Of a DNA stretch of 64,000 bases, positions 1 through 10,232 are shown one piece after another. The stretch is from Candidatus Uhrbacteria bacterium (lineage in GTDB: Bacteria; Patescibacteriota; Patescibacteriia; UBA9934; GWF2-40-263). Each line of letters starts with the position of its first letter. Positions within the stretch are counted from its first letter, which is position 1. The DNA lies in contig JACRJU010000012.1 in NCBI GenBank assembly GCA_016219925.1, positions 6,723-70,722 of the forward strand. The letters run 5' to 3'. The position numbers and the translations under genes were made by a program. The notes under the pieces are model-generated. The model saw nothing but the letters and a program-made list of their open reading frames with translations, was not told where the DNA came from and did no database searches.

Positions 1-1121
1 GCGCCGAGGCCAAGCTTTCGGGCGCGGCAACAGCCGAGCCCTTGATCGCCGAAAGTCTGCGAGCGCCCCAAGATATCCGTTATCACGCCGAAGGGCCATT
101 CGTGCGCGATCACTTGCGTCTTATTCTCATGAGCCTGTATGCGATCGCGGAAGGGAAGCTGCGTCTTCTGGATATTGAAGAATTGGCTCGGCTCAAAGAG
201 TATGCGGGGGAGATTGAGACGTTAGAGGAACTCCTGCGCGAGCACGTGTCGTGGTTTGAGGCGTTTGCCCTTGTGCATGATAGCGCCAAATGGAACACGC
301 TGGTGTTCAAGTCGCCGGAAGGTTCGCGCGGTGCTGAACTTGGATTTAACGCTCCATTGAGCTATGAGCCTGATGTGGATTTACAGACGCGAGCAGAACT
401 GCGTGAACGCTATTTGGAGCTTTACCGAGGGTTTGAAGCACAGCATCCCAACGAGTCGGCTCGGGAGGTTCAGTCGCTGTTTTATCTTACCTACGAGATT
501 GACGTGAAGTATCCTCATCACGATCGTATTCTGCACACGCCCGTTTATTCTCAATTGCTCGAACGTTTTGCGCGCGCGCATGAGCTCACGGATATCCATA
601 CCGCTATGCTGGAAGATGTGGTGACGCAACATCTGGCGTTTAAGCGATTCAATGAGATGCGCACAAGCGACATGAGCCCCTTCTTCCATTTGGCCCGGGT
701 GCGCGGGTATGATCTTGATGCGTTCATGGCGTTTTTGAAGGGGGCTCTATTTCTGGATTTTGTGTGCGGTTCTAAACGACTATCCGACCACGGCTATTGG
801 CATGAGGTCGAGATGTTAGCAAACGCTCTGCGCGCCGAGCACGAGGTGGATCCTGCACGTCGCGCACAGCGGGAGCATCTGCGAGAACAGAGCGAACAGC
901 GTCGACGTCTGCGCGTGTTTCAACAAGTCGGGCTTGATGGGTTATCGCTGATGGAACTGCTTGGCATGGAGCCGGGGCCAGAGTTTGGCCGTACGCTTCG
1001 CGAGGTGCAGGGGGCAATCGTGGGCGAGCGGCCGATGCCGGTGTTTGGCAAAAAAGTGAATGAGGAGATTTCGCGCCGAGCGGGGGAGTATTATCAAAAG
1101 GTGTTTGAGAAAGGAGAGTAG
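1..1121 (+). CDS. HD-domain phosphohydrolase with a CCA-adding-enzyme-like C-terminal tail (5' truncated by window)
   Basis: Frame is open from base 3. Motifs YHAEGPFVRDH and ALVHDSAK (HD); C-terminal DGLSLMELLGMEPGPEFGRTL resembles the tail of class II CCA enzymes. Confidence 0.55.
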   Translation, partial: AEAKLSGAATAEPLIAESLRAPQDIRYHAEGPFVRDHLRLILMSLYAIAEGKLRLLDIEELARLKEYAGEIETLEELLREHVSWFEAFALVHDSAKWNTLVFKSPEGSRGAELGFNAPLSYEPDVDLQTRAELRERYLELYRGFEAQHPNESAREVQSLFYLTYEIDVKYPHHDRILHTPVYSQLLERFARAHELTDIHTAMLEDVVTQHLAFKRFNEMRTSDMSPFFHLARVRGYDLDAFMAFLKGALFLDFVCGSKRLSDHGYWHEVEMLANALRAEHEVDPARRAQREHLREQSEQRRRLRVFQQVGLDGLSLMELLGMEPGPEFGRTLREVQGAIVGERPMPVFGKKVNEEISRRAGEYYQKVFEKGE

Positions 1122-1129
1122 TCATACGT

Positions 1130-1675
1130 ATGATTGTATCCCTTAAAGGAGTCGTCACGTATCACGGGGTCGGGTTCGTGATTATCGAAAACGCCGGAGT
1201 CGGCTATCGCGTAATCGTGCCGGAAGATCAAGCGCATGCGCTTGCCGGTGAGGTGTTTTTGTATACGCATGAAGTGGTGCGCGAGGATTCGCGCGAGCTG
1301 TTTGGGTTTTTGTCCGTGGAAGCGCTTGAGCTGTTTTGGAAGCTGACGAGCGTTTCTGGGGTCGGTCCCAAGAGCGCGCAGAAGATCGTGTTTGCCGCAC
1401 CAGTTGATCGCGTTAAAGAGCGTGTCATGGCTTCGGACATTTCTTTTTTGACAAACGTTCCCGGCATTGGAAAAAAGACTGCGCAAAAAATCATTTTGGA
1501 ACTCAAAGGCGCGCTTGCCCAGGAGCCGGAGGTTCCGGCTTGTGATCCTGATGCGGTTGATGCGCTTGTGGGGCTCGGCTACACCAAACGTCAAGCCGAA
1601 CAGGTTCTCATTGGACTTCCCGAACAAACAACGGAAGAAAGGATCCGGTCAGCGCTTAAAGTTTTGGGGAGGTGA
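1130..1675 (+). CDS. ruvA: Holliday junction branch migration protein RuvA
   Basis: GVGYRV, LYTHEVVREDSRELFGF, SVSGVGPKSA, VPGIGKKTAQKIILELK, ALVGLGY motifs. Confidence 0.97.
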   Translation: MIVSLKGVVTYHGVGFVIIENAGVGYRVIVPEDQAHALAGEVFLYTHEVVREDSRELFGFLSVEALELFWKLTSVSGVGPKSAQKIVFAAPVDRVKERVMASDISFLTNVPGIGKKTAQKIILELKGALAQEPEVPACDPDAVDALVGLGYTKRQAEQVLIGLPEQTTEERIRSALKVLGR

Positions 1676-1680
1676 ATCGT

Positions 1681-2634
1681 ATGTGGCAACGGTTGGATCA
1701 TGAGTTTACGCCGCAGACATGGGATGCTTTTGTGGCACAGCACAGCCCGCTTTCGGGTCGGTTTTTGCAATCGTGGGAGTGGGGAGAAATTCAGGGGGCG
1801 CACAGATGGGTGCGGACAGAAGGCCAGAAGGGAATTGCCAGCGTGATAATGAAAACGTTCCCTGTTTTTGGTTCTTATGCCTATTGTCCGCGCGGACCGA
1901 TTGTGACGGGATCATACGATGAGGCTTTTAGGGGTCTCTCCGATGCGCTTGGACTAGTGATTTTTTTGCGCGCAGATCTTCCTGTTGCGCCAGAAGAGAA
2001 AATCCATTTGCACAAAACGATTGATCTTCAGCCTGCACACACTTGGGTGACGGATCTCACTTCATCCGAAGAGCTTTTTTTCGCAATGCATTCCAAAACG
2101 CGTTACAACATTCGCACTGCAGAGCGCCATGGGGTTTCGGTTTCGTTTGATGCCCACGCGTTTGATGCGGTCTGGCCGCTTTTTGAACAGACGTCCGGTC
2201 GCGGCAAGTTTCGACTGCATACAAAAACGCACTATGCGCTATTGCTTCAGACTCTGAAGAGTGAAACGTGCAGGGCGCATCTCGCAGTTGCTTCTTTGGA
2301 AGGCAAGCCGGTCGCGGCCAACATCTTGGTTGATTTTGCAGACGTGAGGACTTATCTGCATGGCGCTTCTTCTTATGCGCATCGTTCGCTCATGGCCCCA
2401 CATCTTTTGCACTGGGAATCTCTGAAGGATGCCTGTGCGCGCGGGTTGCAAGTGTATGATTGGTGGGGGGTTGCGCCAGCAAACGGGTCTCATCACCCTT
2501 GGGCGGGCATCAGTCGATTCAAACGTTCATTCCCAGGGCGCGAGCTTTGTTATCCAGGCACTTATGACTTGGTGAAAAAGCCGCTTTGGTATACGTTGTA
2601 CGGGCTTGCTCGTCGTTTGCGTCGCGTGGCATAA
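1681..2634 (+). CDS. FemABX/MurM-family aminoacyl-tRNA-dependent peptidoglycan bridge transferase
   Basis: FLQSWEWG, YCPRGP, KTRYNIRTAERHGV, YLHGAS, YDWWGV, GISRFKRSF. ATG at 1681 (track starts at 1672). Confidence 0.9.
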   Translation: MWQRLDHEFTPQTWDAFVAQHSPLSGRFLQSWEWGEIQGAHRWVRTEGQKGIASVIMKTFPVFGSYAYCPRGPIVTGSYDEAFRGLSDALGLVIFLRADLPVAPEEKIHLHKTIDLQPAHTWVTDLTSSEELFFAMHSKTRYNIRTAERHGVSVSFDAHAFDAVWPLFEQTSGRGKFRLHTKTHYALLLQTLKSETCRAHLAVASLEGKPVAANILVDFADVRTYLHGASSYAHRSLMAPHLLHWESLKDACARGLQVYDWWGVAPANGSHHPWAGISRFKRSFPGRELCYPGTYDLVKKPLWYTLYGLARRLRRVA

Positions 2635-2709
2635 GCCCCTGTAGTTTAATGGATAGAGCGTGAGCTTCCGGAGCTCGAGATTGTGGTTCGATTCCACGTG
2701 GGGGCACCA
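2635..2709 (+). tRNA. tRNA-Arg (anticodon CCG), CCA encoded
   Basis: GCCCCTG...TGGGGGC-A-CCA acceptor; TGAGC-TTCCGGA-GCTCG anticodon arm; GGTTCGATTCC T arm. Confidence 0.95.
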
Positions 2710-2747
2710 TTCCTAAAAAATATTTAATCTCTTATCATTTTTAGCGT

Positions 2748-3458
2748 ATGTCCGAACAAACAGGAATGACACCTGACGCGGCTCGTATGGCTTCTGAAGA
2801 GGCCGCAAAGAATTAAGAGCGTGAGCGTGCGGTCGGTGAATTGATAAAAAGTATTGAGGAAGCGAGAAGAGCTGGTCATATCAGCAACGAGTCGGCCAAT
2901 CTGGCTTCGGTAGCGCTTGGGCTCAAGGGGGATGAAGCGCTGTTTGCCAATCGGATTGTTTCGCGCGGTTCGGATCCGGCTTCCCTTGAGCTTGCGCGTT
3001 TTGGAAGTATCAGTGAGCCGGTCATGCGCGCGCATCAGCTCGGTCCTGGGTCGCTCAAAGAAGACGAGCGCGAGCATTGGCTCGTGCTTTCATCTGTGTC
3101 TATGGATGAAAATGCGGCGGCGGATTTGCCGCCTACCGCGAAGTTTAAACAATTTCACGATGCCCTGAAGTGGCTTGAAACCGCGACAGACACAGAAAAA
3201 AGGGCCGCGGCAGATAAAGAAAAGGGTGCCATTTTGGCCTTGCCGTTTGAGCAAAACGAGGTGGGCGGGGTTTCCATGCGTGTTTACGAATCTGATCGCG
3301 GTTTTGCAAGTGCGTATTGGTCCGGGCAGGAGGTTGCGGCTGTCAGAGAGGGGGATCTCACCTTTGTCGGATCACAAAGTCGTCCGTTAGCGGAGTTAGG
3401 CATTACGGTTGATAAGCAATTGTCGCCAACGTTTGGGATCATTTTTCCTAAAGGTTAA
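2748..3458 (+). CDS. Hypothetical protein; probable N-terminus separated by an in-frame TAA at 2814-2816
   Basis: ORF 2841-3458 starts at TTG; an in-frame upstream ATG (2748) reads MSEQTGMTPDAARMASEEAAKN*ERERAVGELIKS. Confidence 0.55.
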
Positions 3459-5275
3459 GGCTTTACCGCCCCCTTACCTTGGGCGAATTCATCTTGCGCA
3501 AGCTCCGTGGTTACCAGAGGCACTGTTGCATTAAGCTCCGCTTTTGTCGAAAGATCCAAGGCATGGAAAAGCGTTTGATTTGCAAGCTTCACGAACTTTC
3601 CAACGTCTCCTTTTTTGGGCGTGATGGAAACATTAAACCATGCTTGCGCCGCACGAATGTCGCGTGGAAGCTTTGAGACTTCCCAGCGCACCTGCCGAGT
3701 TGTCGGGTTGTAGGATAATACCCCAATATCTTTTCCAGAAGATTCTTTCCACGTGACATCTTGGGGCAAGGTCGTTGTGACATCGATATTTCCCAGATCG
3801 TGGAGCGCGTTGGATAGATCAAACAGCATACGATAACTTGTGGTTGATCCGACTTTTGGCGGCAAGTCGCCGCCGCCGACAGGCGTTCCATCGTCGGCGA
3901 AGTAGCGGGCTTGCACTGACAACGAAGCGTCTGAATTCATGGACAAGTGGACAGGCGTTGCATCAATCGTATGGGTGCCTGAAAGCGTTCCGATTTTTCC
4001 AACCGCCATGGAGAGCGCGGCATCCATCGCGTCGGCACCTCCCACAATCAGGGGCAGAGTGAAATCAATCACTCCTTCCACGCCCGGATCAAGCCTCGCT
4101 AATTCTTTGTGTTTGGTTTTGTCCCAATGCAGGGTTCCGTCAGAACGCGAAGCGTCGGAGAGATCCGCATGGGCCCAGTCCACAGGAAGTTTTCCTTGCG
4201 ACGACAGTTTAAGAGTGAATTGAACATCTTCCACAGGGTCGGTGCCCGGGTTTTTGAAATCAATGGATCCGCGCAGAGTTTTTCCTGCAGACACATTTTG
4301 ATCTTTATCCGATCCATCCAAAATTAAATGGAAGCTCACCGCACCCCCAAGGACGTCGGTTTGGACGTTTGCACTGGCCTGTTCGTTAAACGTTTCTTCG
4401 TCCATAAAACTGACTTTGGTCTGCATGGGCAGTTCCCCGTTTGCGGTTGACGTGAACGCTCCTTTAATCACAATGTCAGTGATTTTTCCGGGTTCAAGCG
4501 AGACGATGTCCCAAGAAGGGTCATCGGGCTTGATAGGAGGGACAGAAGAATCAATCACGAAGTCCGCAGGGAATACGGGCACGACACGCAAATTGAAAAC
4601 CGGATCTTTTCCTGTTTGTTCTAGATTAAGGGTGTATTCAACCGGATCTCCCGCGAGGGCTTTTTCTGGGCCTGTCATGGTGAGATGAACGCTAGACTCT
4701 TTGAGATCAACACTTTGGCTTTCGATCGTTTGGAATTCCGAGTTGAAGTTTGCCGGCTTGTAGCTGAATAAGGCTTGGATGCGTTGGGTGCTTGGAACAG
4801 GCGAAAGGAAGATGCCTTTGACGTTGATGGCGCCGTCCGAACGTGCGGTTAGGGCTCCGAGCGACCATTGAAGTTCAGCGGCAGGTTCTGGGATCGCACT
4901 CGTAAGATGGAAACTGTTTGGCAGGTTTAACTTGAGGTTCAGTGAAGCGATTGGGACGTCGCCGGTGTTTTCATACCGGATTGTAAACACCGTTTCCTCA
5001 CCGGCGCGCACAGGCTCACTAAGTTCAATGGAAGCCTTAAGTGATTCTCCGTTTTCAAAAAGGCCTCGGGTGAACAAGAAAAATCCTCCCCAAGCCAGAA
5101 GCGAGAGCACAAACAAGATTCCGATGGTTTTGATCAAAAACGCGGTCAGAGGTGACCGTTTGCGCTGGGAAAGTCTGGTGAAGTCCGGGAGTTTGCCATC
5201 ACGGCCGGAATAAATCGCTCGGAGTTCTTGTTTGATTTGTCGAGAAGATCGGCGTTTTTTTCGGCGGGGGATCAT
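3455..5275 (-). CDS. Membrane-anchored extracellular protein with tandem Ig-like/DUF11-like beta domains
   Basis: Basic N-terminus, one TM segment, repeated patterns such as GEETVFTIRYENTG, GDPVEYTLNLEQTG, and a GGGDLPPKVGSTTSY segment. Confidence 0.7.
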   Translation of the reverse strand: MIPRRKKRRSSRQIKQELRAIYSGRDGKLPDFTRLSQRKRSPLTAFLIKTIGILFVLSLLAWGGFFLFTRGLFENGESLKASIELSEPVRAGEETVFTIRYENTGDVPIASLNLKLNLPNSFHLTSAIPEPAAELQWSLGALTARSDGAINVKGIFLSPVPSTQRIQALFSYKPANFNSEFQTIESQSVDLKESSVHLTMTGPEKALAGDPVEYTLNLEQTGKDPVFNLRVVPVFPADFVIDSSVPPIKPDDPSWDIVSLEPGKITDIVIKGAFTSTANGELPMQTKVSFMDEETFNEQASANVQTDVLGGAVSFHLILDGSDKDQNVSAGKTLRGSIDFKNPGTDPVEDVQFTLKLSSQGKLPVDWAHADLSDASRSDGTLHWDKTKHKELARLDPGVEGVIDFTLPLIVGGADAMDAALSMAVGKIGTLSGTHTIDATPVHLSMNSDASLSVQARYFADDGTPVGGGDLPPKVGSTTSYRMLFDLSNALHDLGNIDVTTTLPQDVTWKESSGKDIGVLSYNPTTRQVRWEVSKLPRDIRAAQAWFNVSITPKKGDVGKFVKLANQTLFHALDLSTKAELNATVPLVTTELAQDEFAQGKGAVKP

Positions 5276-7947
5276 AGAGGAGGTTCGATCAGCATGGCGA
5301 AAAATTCATCGGTGGTGTTTTGGAGCGTGGCCCGGGTGTCTCCGGTTGAGCTCCAGATATTTTTGAGTGTTTCTGGGAGCGATACGGAAACCGTTGTCGT
5401 TCGATCAAGAATGCCAGATTGTTTTTGGACGAGCAATGAGTACGGTTTGGCCTGCCCGACACGCATGAGTGAACGCAGTCGTTCTCGGAGGCGTCCATCC
5501 GCATCAAAGATTTTGAAAGGAAGACGATAGATGAAGGTTGCTGTCGTCGTCGCTCCCGGAGGTGTTTGAATCCAGTTGCCAAAAACGGTTTTGCCTTGTT
5601 CTTCATAAATATCCGTTCCGGTTTTTTCATCTCGGCTTTTGGTCGCTTGCGCAAATTGCAGATCCGCATCCATCATCCAGTCAGACTCGGGTGTTTCAAA
5701 TAAAGAACCGTCGGGAATACTAAACCCGCTTGAAGAGATCAGCTCGCTTCCTTTGGGAACATAGACGCGCAGATAATCCACATTGTTGACGCCGGTGAAC
5801 ACGAGGCCGGGGATGCCATGATGCGTTCGTTTGAGGGTGACCGTATCGATGACCGTGCCATCCGTCGCGATCTGAACCTGGACGTCCACATGTTCTTCGA
5901 TCACCGCATCTGTTTTACCGCCTCCCAAATTAGTATCGACCACCATCACATAATCACCTGAAGTCGAAGCTATGGCTCCGCTCCAACCGCGCTCCAGCGC
6001 CGCGCGTTGTAACGTATCGTTACTGAAATAAATTTGAATATCTTTTTGCTGAAGCCCTTTGGAAAATTGGTCGATCGCCCCCAAAAATATTTCCGGGTCA
6101 CCTTGTTCGGTGCGTTCAATGAGTTTTGTCGCGAGATCCCCGATGAATTGTTTGGGTTTATTTTCGGTTCGATCGTATTCGAGCTCGACGATTTTTTGCG
6201 CTTCGAACAAAAAGTTTTCCTGATCGATCGTACGGCCGTAGTCGCTCATCTCCACGGGGCCGAGCAGTCCAATGAGATCAGCCACGGCGGTGGCGTTGAT
6301 TGCAATAACCCCGTCTACGCTTGGACCGCCAGCATCGGTATAGAATTCAATCATCTGGCGCGCGCTGGTAGGGAAGTCTGGAAACCAGTTGGCATCTTGA
6401 AATTCCCAGTTGGCTTTCAGCAGTTGCAAAGGTTCAGGAGCCGCGCGCAAGTGGCGCAATTGCCCTTGCAGATCATAGGTTCCTCCGCCGGGGACATTCA
6501 GCTCTTCGATTTGACCGTTCGAAACTTTTATTTCCGCGTAGCTTCCCATGAATCCACCGGTTGCACGCATCTCTGCGTTATTTTGGAAGATAAGCAAATA
6601 TCGCTTCGTTTGATCTCCTCCCAAAATGGTAATAGCCAGATCACTCAATTCATCAAAATTCGCAAGGGTTTTTGAAAGAGGAATGAGGCGATTTTTGAGC
6701 TCCATGAAGGTCTCTTGTTGATCCGTTGGAATCACAGAAGGATCAACCGTATCGATCGCTTCGACGGCTTGTGTGAGATGTGGCGTGATGGTGCGCAGAT
6801 AAGATTGCAAAATGCGAATGCGCGAGACAGGGGTGGGGGACGGCTCATGCGCAAGGGCATCCATCGCTTCGGCAACGCGGCCACCGGCGATGCTTAAATG
6901 TTCTCCGGCCTTAAGGAGGGCTTTGCCTGTGGAAAGGTTTTTTTGTGCGGCAGGAATAACCGAGAGCAGAAGGGAGGTGGTGGCGCCTAAGTCTTGGATG
7001 CCTTGCTGGGCTTTGGCGAACCGATCACTTGCAAGCGAAAAGGCTTGTCCGGCGTCCGTCGCTTGCTGACCAGCCGTTTTGCTTGCGCCTGTTTTAAGAT
7101 ATGCGAATGCTTCTTCAGAGGCGCTTTGCACATCTGTTTTTGCTTGGCGCAGAGTAGAGACCAGGTTCATGGCGTGCAGAGGTAGGACGAAAATAAACGA
7201 GATGAGCACGAACGCACCGATGGGTCGAAGCAAAGTCGCGTTTTGGAAAAACGCAAATACGGACGGTCGCGTTGGAGCTGGAGTGAAGGTTTCTTGCGTG
7301 AGTTCAACCAGCTCGCTTTCTTCTTCCTCTTCTTCGCTGTGATCCTCTTGGGGCAAATCAAAGTACGCAAAAATATCCTCTGGCGTTTGTTTGGGAAAGA
7401 ATGATTCGATGGAAATACGTGTAAGATCCGGGAACGAATGGAACGAAGCAAAGGAAATGGCCTGGGTGTGGCGCGGCGTTGAATGCAAAATGAAACGTTC
7501 GGCTTTGCCCCTGCGAGTCTCTTCGATAAGTTGAGGAAGAACGTCGCTATGGTTAAGGACGAGGGCGTTTTTTTCGACTGGCCGAAGCGGATTTTCACGT
7601 AAGAGCGAGCCGTCTAGGAGATTGAGTCGAATGCGCGTGCGATCTTCTAAGATTTCCTCCGGCGACGGAAGTTCTTGTTTGAGGTTGAGGACAAAAGGAG
7701 AAAGCGGTTGGGCGTTTAGACGCACACGCACCGGTCCGGAATGATCAGACGATCCATAAGTGCGCAACATTTCTGGCACGGCGATATCGTGTTCGCCCAT
7801 GTCTCGTGCCGCTTGTCGGCGTTTGAGCGTACGAGATAAGGCGGCATCCTCCAGTTTTTTTGTCACCGATGCCAACACCACCGACTTTTTTTTTGTCGGT
7901 TTTTTCTTTTGGATTTTTGAAGGGGTGAGTTTTTTACGTGCGGTCAC
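5272..7947 (-). CDS. DUF4012-family membrane-anchored protein
   Basis: YLLIFQNNAEMRATGGFMGSY, DANWFPDFPTSA, VDGVIAIN, NLGGGKTD, YLRVYVPKGS; sits in a glycan operon. Confidence 0.88.
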   Translation of the reverse strand: MTARKKLTPSKIQKKKPTKKKSVVLASVTKKLEDAALSRTLKRRQAARDMGEHDIAVPEMLRTYGSSDHSGPVRVRLNAQPLSPFVLNLKQELPSPEEILEDRTRIRLNLLDGSLLRENPLRPVEKNALVLNHSDVLPQLIEETRRGKAERFILHSTPRHTQAISFASFHSFPDLTRISIESFFPKQTPEDIFAYFDLPQEDHSEEEEEESELVELTQETFTPAPTRPSVFAFFQNATLLRPIGAFVLISFIFVLPLHAMNLVSTLRQAKTDVQSASEEAFAYLKTGASKTAGQQATDAGQAFSLASDRFAKAQQGIQDLGATTSLLLSVIPAAQKNLSTGKALLKAGEHLSIAGGRVAEAMDALAHEPSPTPVSRIRILQSYLRTITPHLTQAVEAIDTVDPSVIPTDQQETFMELKNRLIPLSKTLANFDELSDLAITILGGDQTKRYLLIFQNNAEMRATGGFMGSYAEIKVSNGQIEELNVPGGGTYDLQGQLRHLRAAPEPLQLLKANWEFQDANWFPDFPTSARQMIEFYTDAGGPSVDGVIAINATAVADLIGLLGPVEMSDYGRTIDQENFLFEAQKIVELEYDRTENKPKQFIGDLATKLIERTEQGDPEIFLGAIDQFSKGLQQKDIQIYFSNDTLQRAALERGWSGAIASTSGDYVMVVDTNLGGGKTDAVIEEHVDVQVQIATDGTVIDTVTLKRTHHGIPGLVFTGVNNVDYLRVYVPKGSELISSSGFSIPDGSLFETPESDWMMDADLQFAQATKSRDEKTGTDIYEEQGKTVFGNWIQTPPGATTTATFIYRLPFKIFDADGRLRERLRSLMRVGQAKPYSLLVQKQSGILDRTTTVSVSLPETLKNIWSSTGDTRATLQNTTDEFFAMLIEPPL

Positions 7948-9010
7948 AAGAGGTGTAGACCTGAACGGTTTGGCGGGCCATGGCCGTCCAGGAATATCGT
8001 TTGATGCGTTCGAAGCCTTTTTGGACGAGGGTTTGTTGTTTTTGAGGATCGTTGAGGAGTTGTTCTATCGTCAGAGCCAGTGCAGAGGGATCGTGTACGG
8101 GGAAGAAGAGAGCGCTGTCGCCCAGAATTTCTTTCAAAGCGGGGATGGCCGAGGCAATCACCGGAACACCCGCGGCCATGGCTTCAAGCGCCGGCAAGCC
8201 GAATCCTTCGATGCGCGAGGGGAAGAGGTAAGCTTTGGCGTGATGATACAAACCGCTTAAATCTTCGTCGTTTGGGCTGAAGATAAAGTGGATGTGTGAT
8301 TGGGCCAAAGATTGTTGGGCGCGTTTTTGGAGGGATCGAGAGAACACATCATCCCTTCCAGCAAAGACGAGATGGATCTCGGGCTGACGAACATGGAGCT
8401 GATCGAATGCGCGCAGAAGGACGTCAAGGTTTTTGTGCGGATAGGCATTGCCAACACACAGAAGAAAAGGGTCTGGAACAAGCGGAGCGGATGAGGCGAC
8501 GGGTGGTAAAGGAGAGACCCCTTCGTAGATCACCACGATTTTTTTTTCAGAAACGTTTGGGAAGTGTGTGAGGATACTTCGCTTGGTCGCTTCGGAAACC
8601 GTAATGATTTTTTTTGATGCGGAGACGCTGTGAGCGAGCACGCGCTTAAACCCGGCGTATTTGAGCGCGTAGACGATGGGGTGTCGGGTTGTTGCCCGCG
8701 CGCTTTTGGGTTCCTCAAGCAAGATCAGATCGTGGATGGTGACGACAAATGGCGTTTTGAGAAGGATCGGAACGTTCCAGTGTGGGAAGTGGATCAGATC
8801 GAGGTGCTCTCGGTCGATGATTGCGGGCAAGAGGATCTGTTCTTTGAGCGTGTACCAAGGGATATCAGCCGCTTTTTCCTTTCCAAATAAAACATAGCGG
8901 TTCACACTGTCGACATTGGGCAATTCACAAATCAACTGCTCCACATACCGACCCAGACCGCCACCCCCCACCGTTGGACCACTCATGCGAGCATCAATGC
9001 CGATGTTCAT
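7934..9010 (-). CDS. Glycosyltransferase family 4
   Basis: IGIDAR, VVTIHDL, YPHKN, EGFGLPALEAMAAGVPV. Confidence 0.93.
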   Translation of the reverse strand: MNIGIDARMSGPTVGGGGLGRYVEQLICELPNVDSVNRYVLFGKEKAADIPWYTLKEQILLPAIIDREHLDLIHFPHWNVPILLKTPFVVTIHDLILLEEPKSARATTRHPIVYALKYAGFKRVLAHSVSASKKIITVSEATKRSILTHFPNVSEKKIVVIYEGVSPLPPVASSAPLVPDPFLLCVGNAYPHKNLDVLLRAFDQLHVRQPEIHLVFAGRDDVFSRSLQKRAQQSLAQSHIHFIFSPNDEDLSGLYHHAKAYLFPSRIEGFGLPALEAMAAGVPVIASAIPALKEILGDSALFFPVHDPSALALTIEQLLNDPQKQQTLVQKGFERIKRYSWTAMARQTVQVYTSCDRT

Positions 9011-9083
9011 GGAGAAGAGAAGTAAGAAGCTTCCTTATTATACCAAAAAATCCCGAGTTTGTGCCCAGGATGTACACAGGGTT

Positions 9084-10232
9084 TCAGATAATTTTTTCAA
9101 AGAGATTTCGCGTTTGAAGAGCGCTCTTTTCCCAAGAATAGTCTTGGGATTTTTGGAGACCTTTTTGGATCATTTGTTGGCGAAGCGGGGCCGACTGCAC
9201 CAACTCACGGATGGCTTCTGTCAAATCTACGCTGTTGTAGGGATCAATAAGGATCGCCGCGCCTCCCGTAAGCTCTGGAAGGGATGACACCCGGCTGGTG
9301 ATAACCGGCAGGCCGCTCGCCATCGCTTCCAAAATCGGAAGGCCAAAGCCTTCATACAAAGACGGCCATAACAAAACCTGCGCGCTTCGGTATAAGGCCG
9401 GGCGATCTTGCCCGGGCACATAGCCAATCGGGTGAACCCAAGAGCGATAATCCCGCCGCCAGAGCAGGTGTCTGACGTGAGGGGAATTCCATCCCCATTT
9501 GCCACACAAGACGAGATGCAGATCATCTGCGGTCGTTTGTCGGTAGGCGTGTACGGCCTCGATCAGAGCTGGAACATTTTTGCGCGGCTCGATCGTTCCC
9601 ACAAACAACGCGAAGCGTCGGGGAAGTCTGAGCCGTGAACGCACCCCGTGGTCGCGCGCTTCCATCTTTGGAGCGAATGTCGAATCTTTTCCATGGGGGA
9701 TGACCTGCACACGATCAGTCTCAACCTGAAAGGTCTCAACAAGGTCTTGTTTGGTTGAAGCGGAAGGAGTGATGAGATGCGCGCAGGAAGCGATCAGTTT
9801 TTGTGGACGTACCGCCGCGTGCCACAGGCGCATCTTGCGTGAATAGAGTTCCGGAAAAAATTTCCAGGACAAATCATGGACCGTGAGAACTGAAGGGATA
9901 TCCGATGGGAGAGAAACAATGTTGAGGTTGGGGAGAAATAACAAATCAATCGGTTCTGGGACTCGCCAATTTAAAGTGGGGTGTCCAAGTAACAGCGTCC
10001 GCAGATTAAGGAGTTTGTTTGGCGTGTTGACATGAACAAATCTGATGCGGTCATCAGGAGCGTGCTCTAGCATTTCTTGCGGAGGTTTCGGATGGAGACG
10101 CCCGCTTGAAAGAAAAGTATAAGCGTTTGTTTGGTCCATGCGCAAAAGCGCGCGCAACAACTGCGTGGTGTATTCTCCGATGCCACTCGGCTCTGGACTG
10201 GAAAGGTGTCTGATATCAACAAGGATGCGCAT
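9084..10232 (-). CDS. Glycosyltransferase family 4
   Basis: LTVHDL, VGTIEPRKN, EGFGLPILEAMASGLPV. Confidence 0.93.
   Translation of the reverse strand: MRILVDIRHLSSPEPSGIGEYTTQLLRALLRMDQTNAYTFLSSGRLHPKPPQEMLEHAPDDRIRFVHVNTPNKLLNLRTLLLGHPTLNWRVPEPIDLLFLPNLNIVSLPSDIPSVLTVHDLSWKFFPELYSRKMRLWHAAVRPQKLIASCAHLITPSASTKQDLVETFQVETDRVQVIPHGKDSTFAPKMEARDHGVRSRLRLPRRFALFVGTIEPRKNVPALIEAVHAYRQTTADDLHLVLCGKWGWNSPHVRHLLWRRDYRSWVHPIGYVPGQDRPALYRSAQVLLWPSLYEGFGLPILEAMASGLPVITSRVSSLPELTGGAAILIDPYNSVDLTEAIRELVQSAPLRQQMIQKGLQKSQDYSWEKSALQTRNLFEKII

Noticed and set aside
2635-3458. tRNA-anchored integrative element at tRNA-Arg (likewise tRNA-Val and tRNA-Leu)
   Set aside because: No integrase and no duplicated tRNA 3' end was found by eye.
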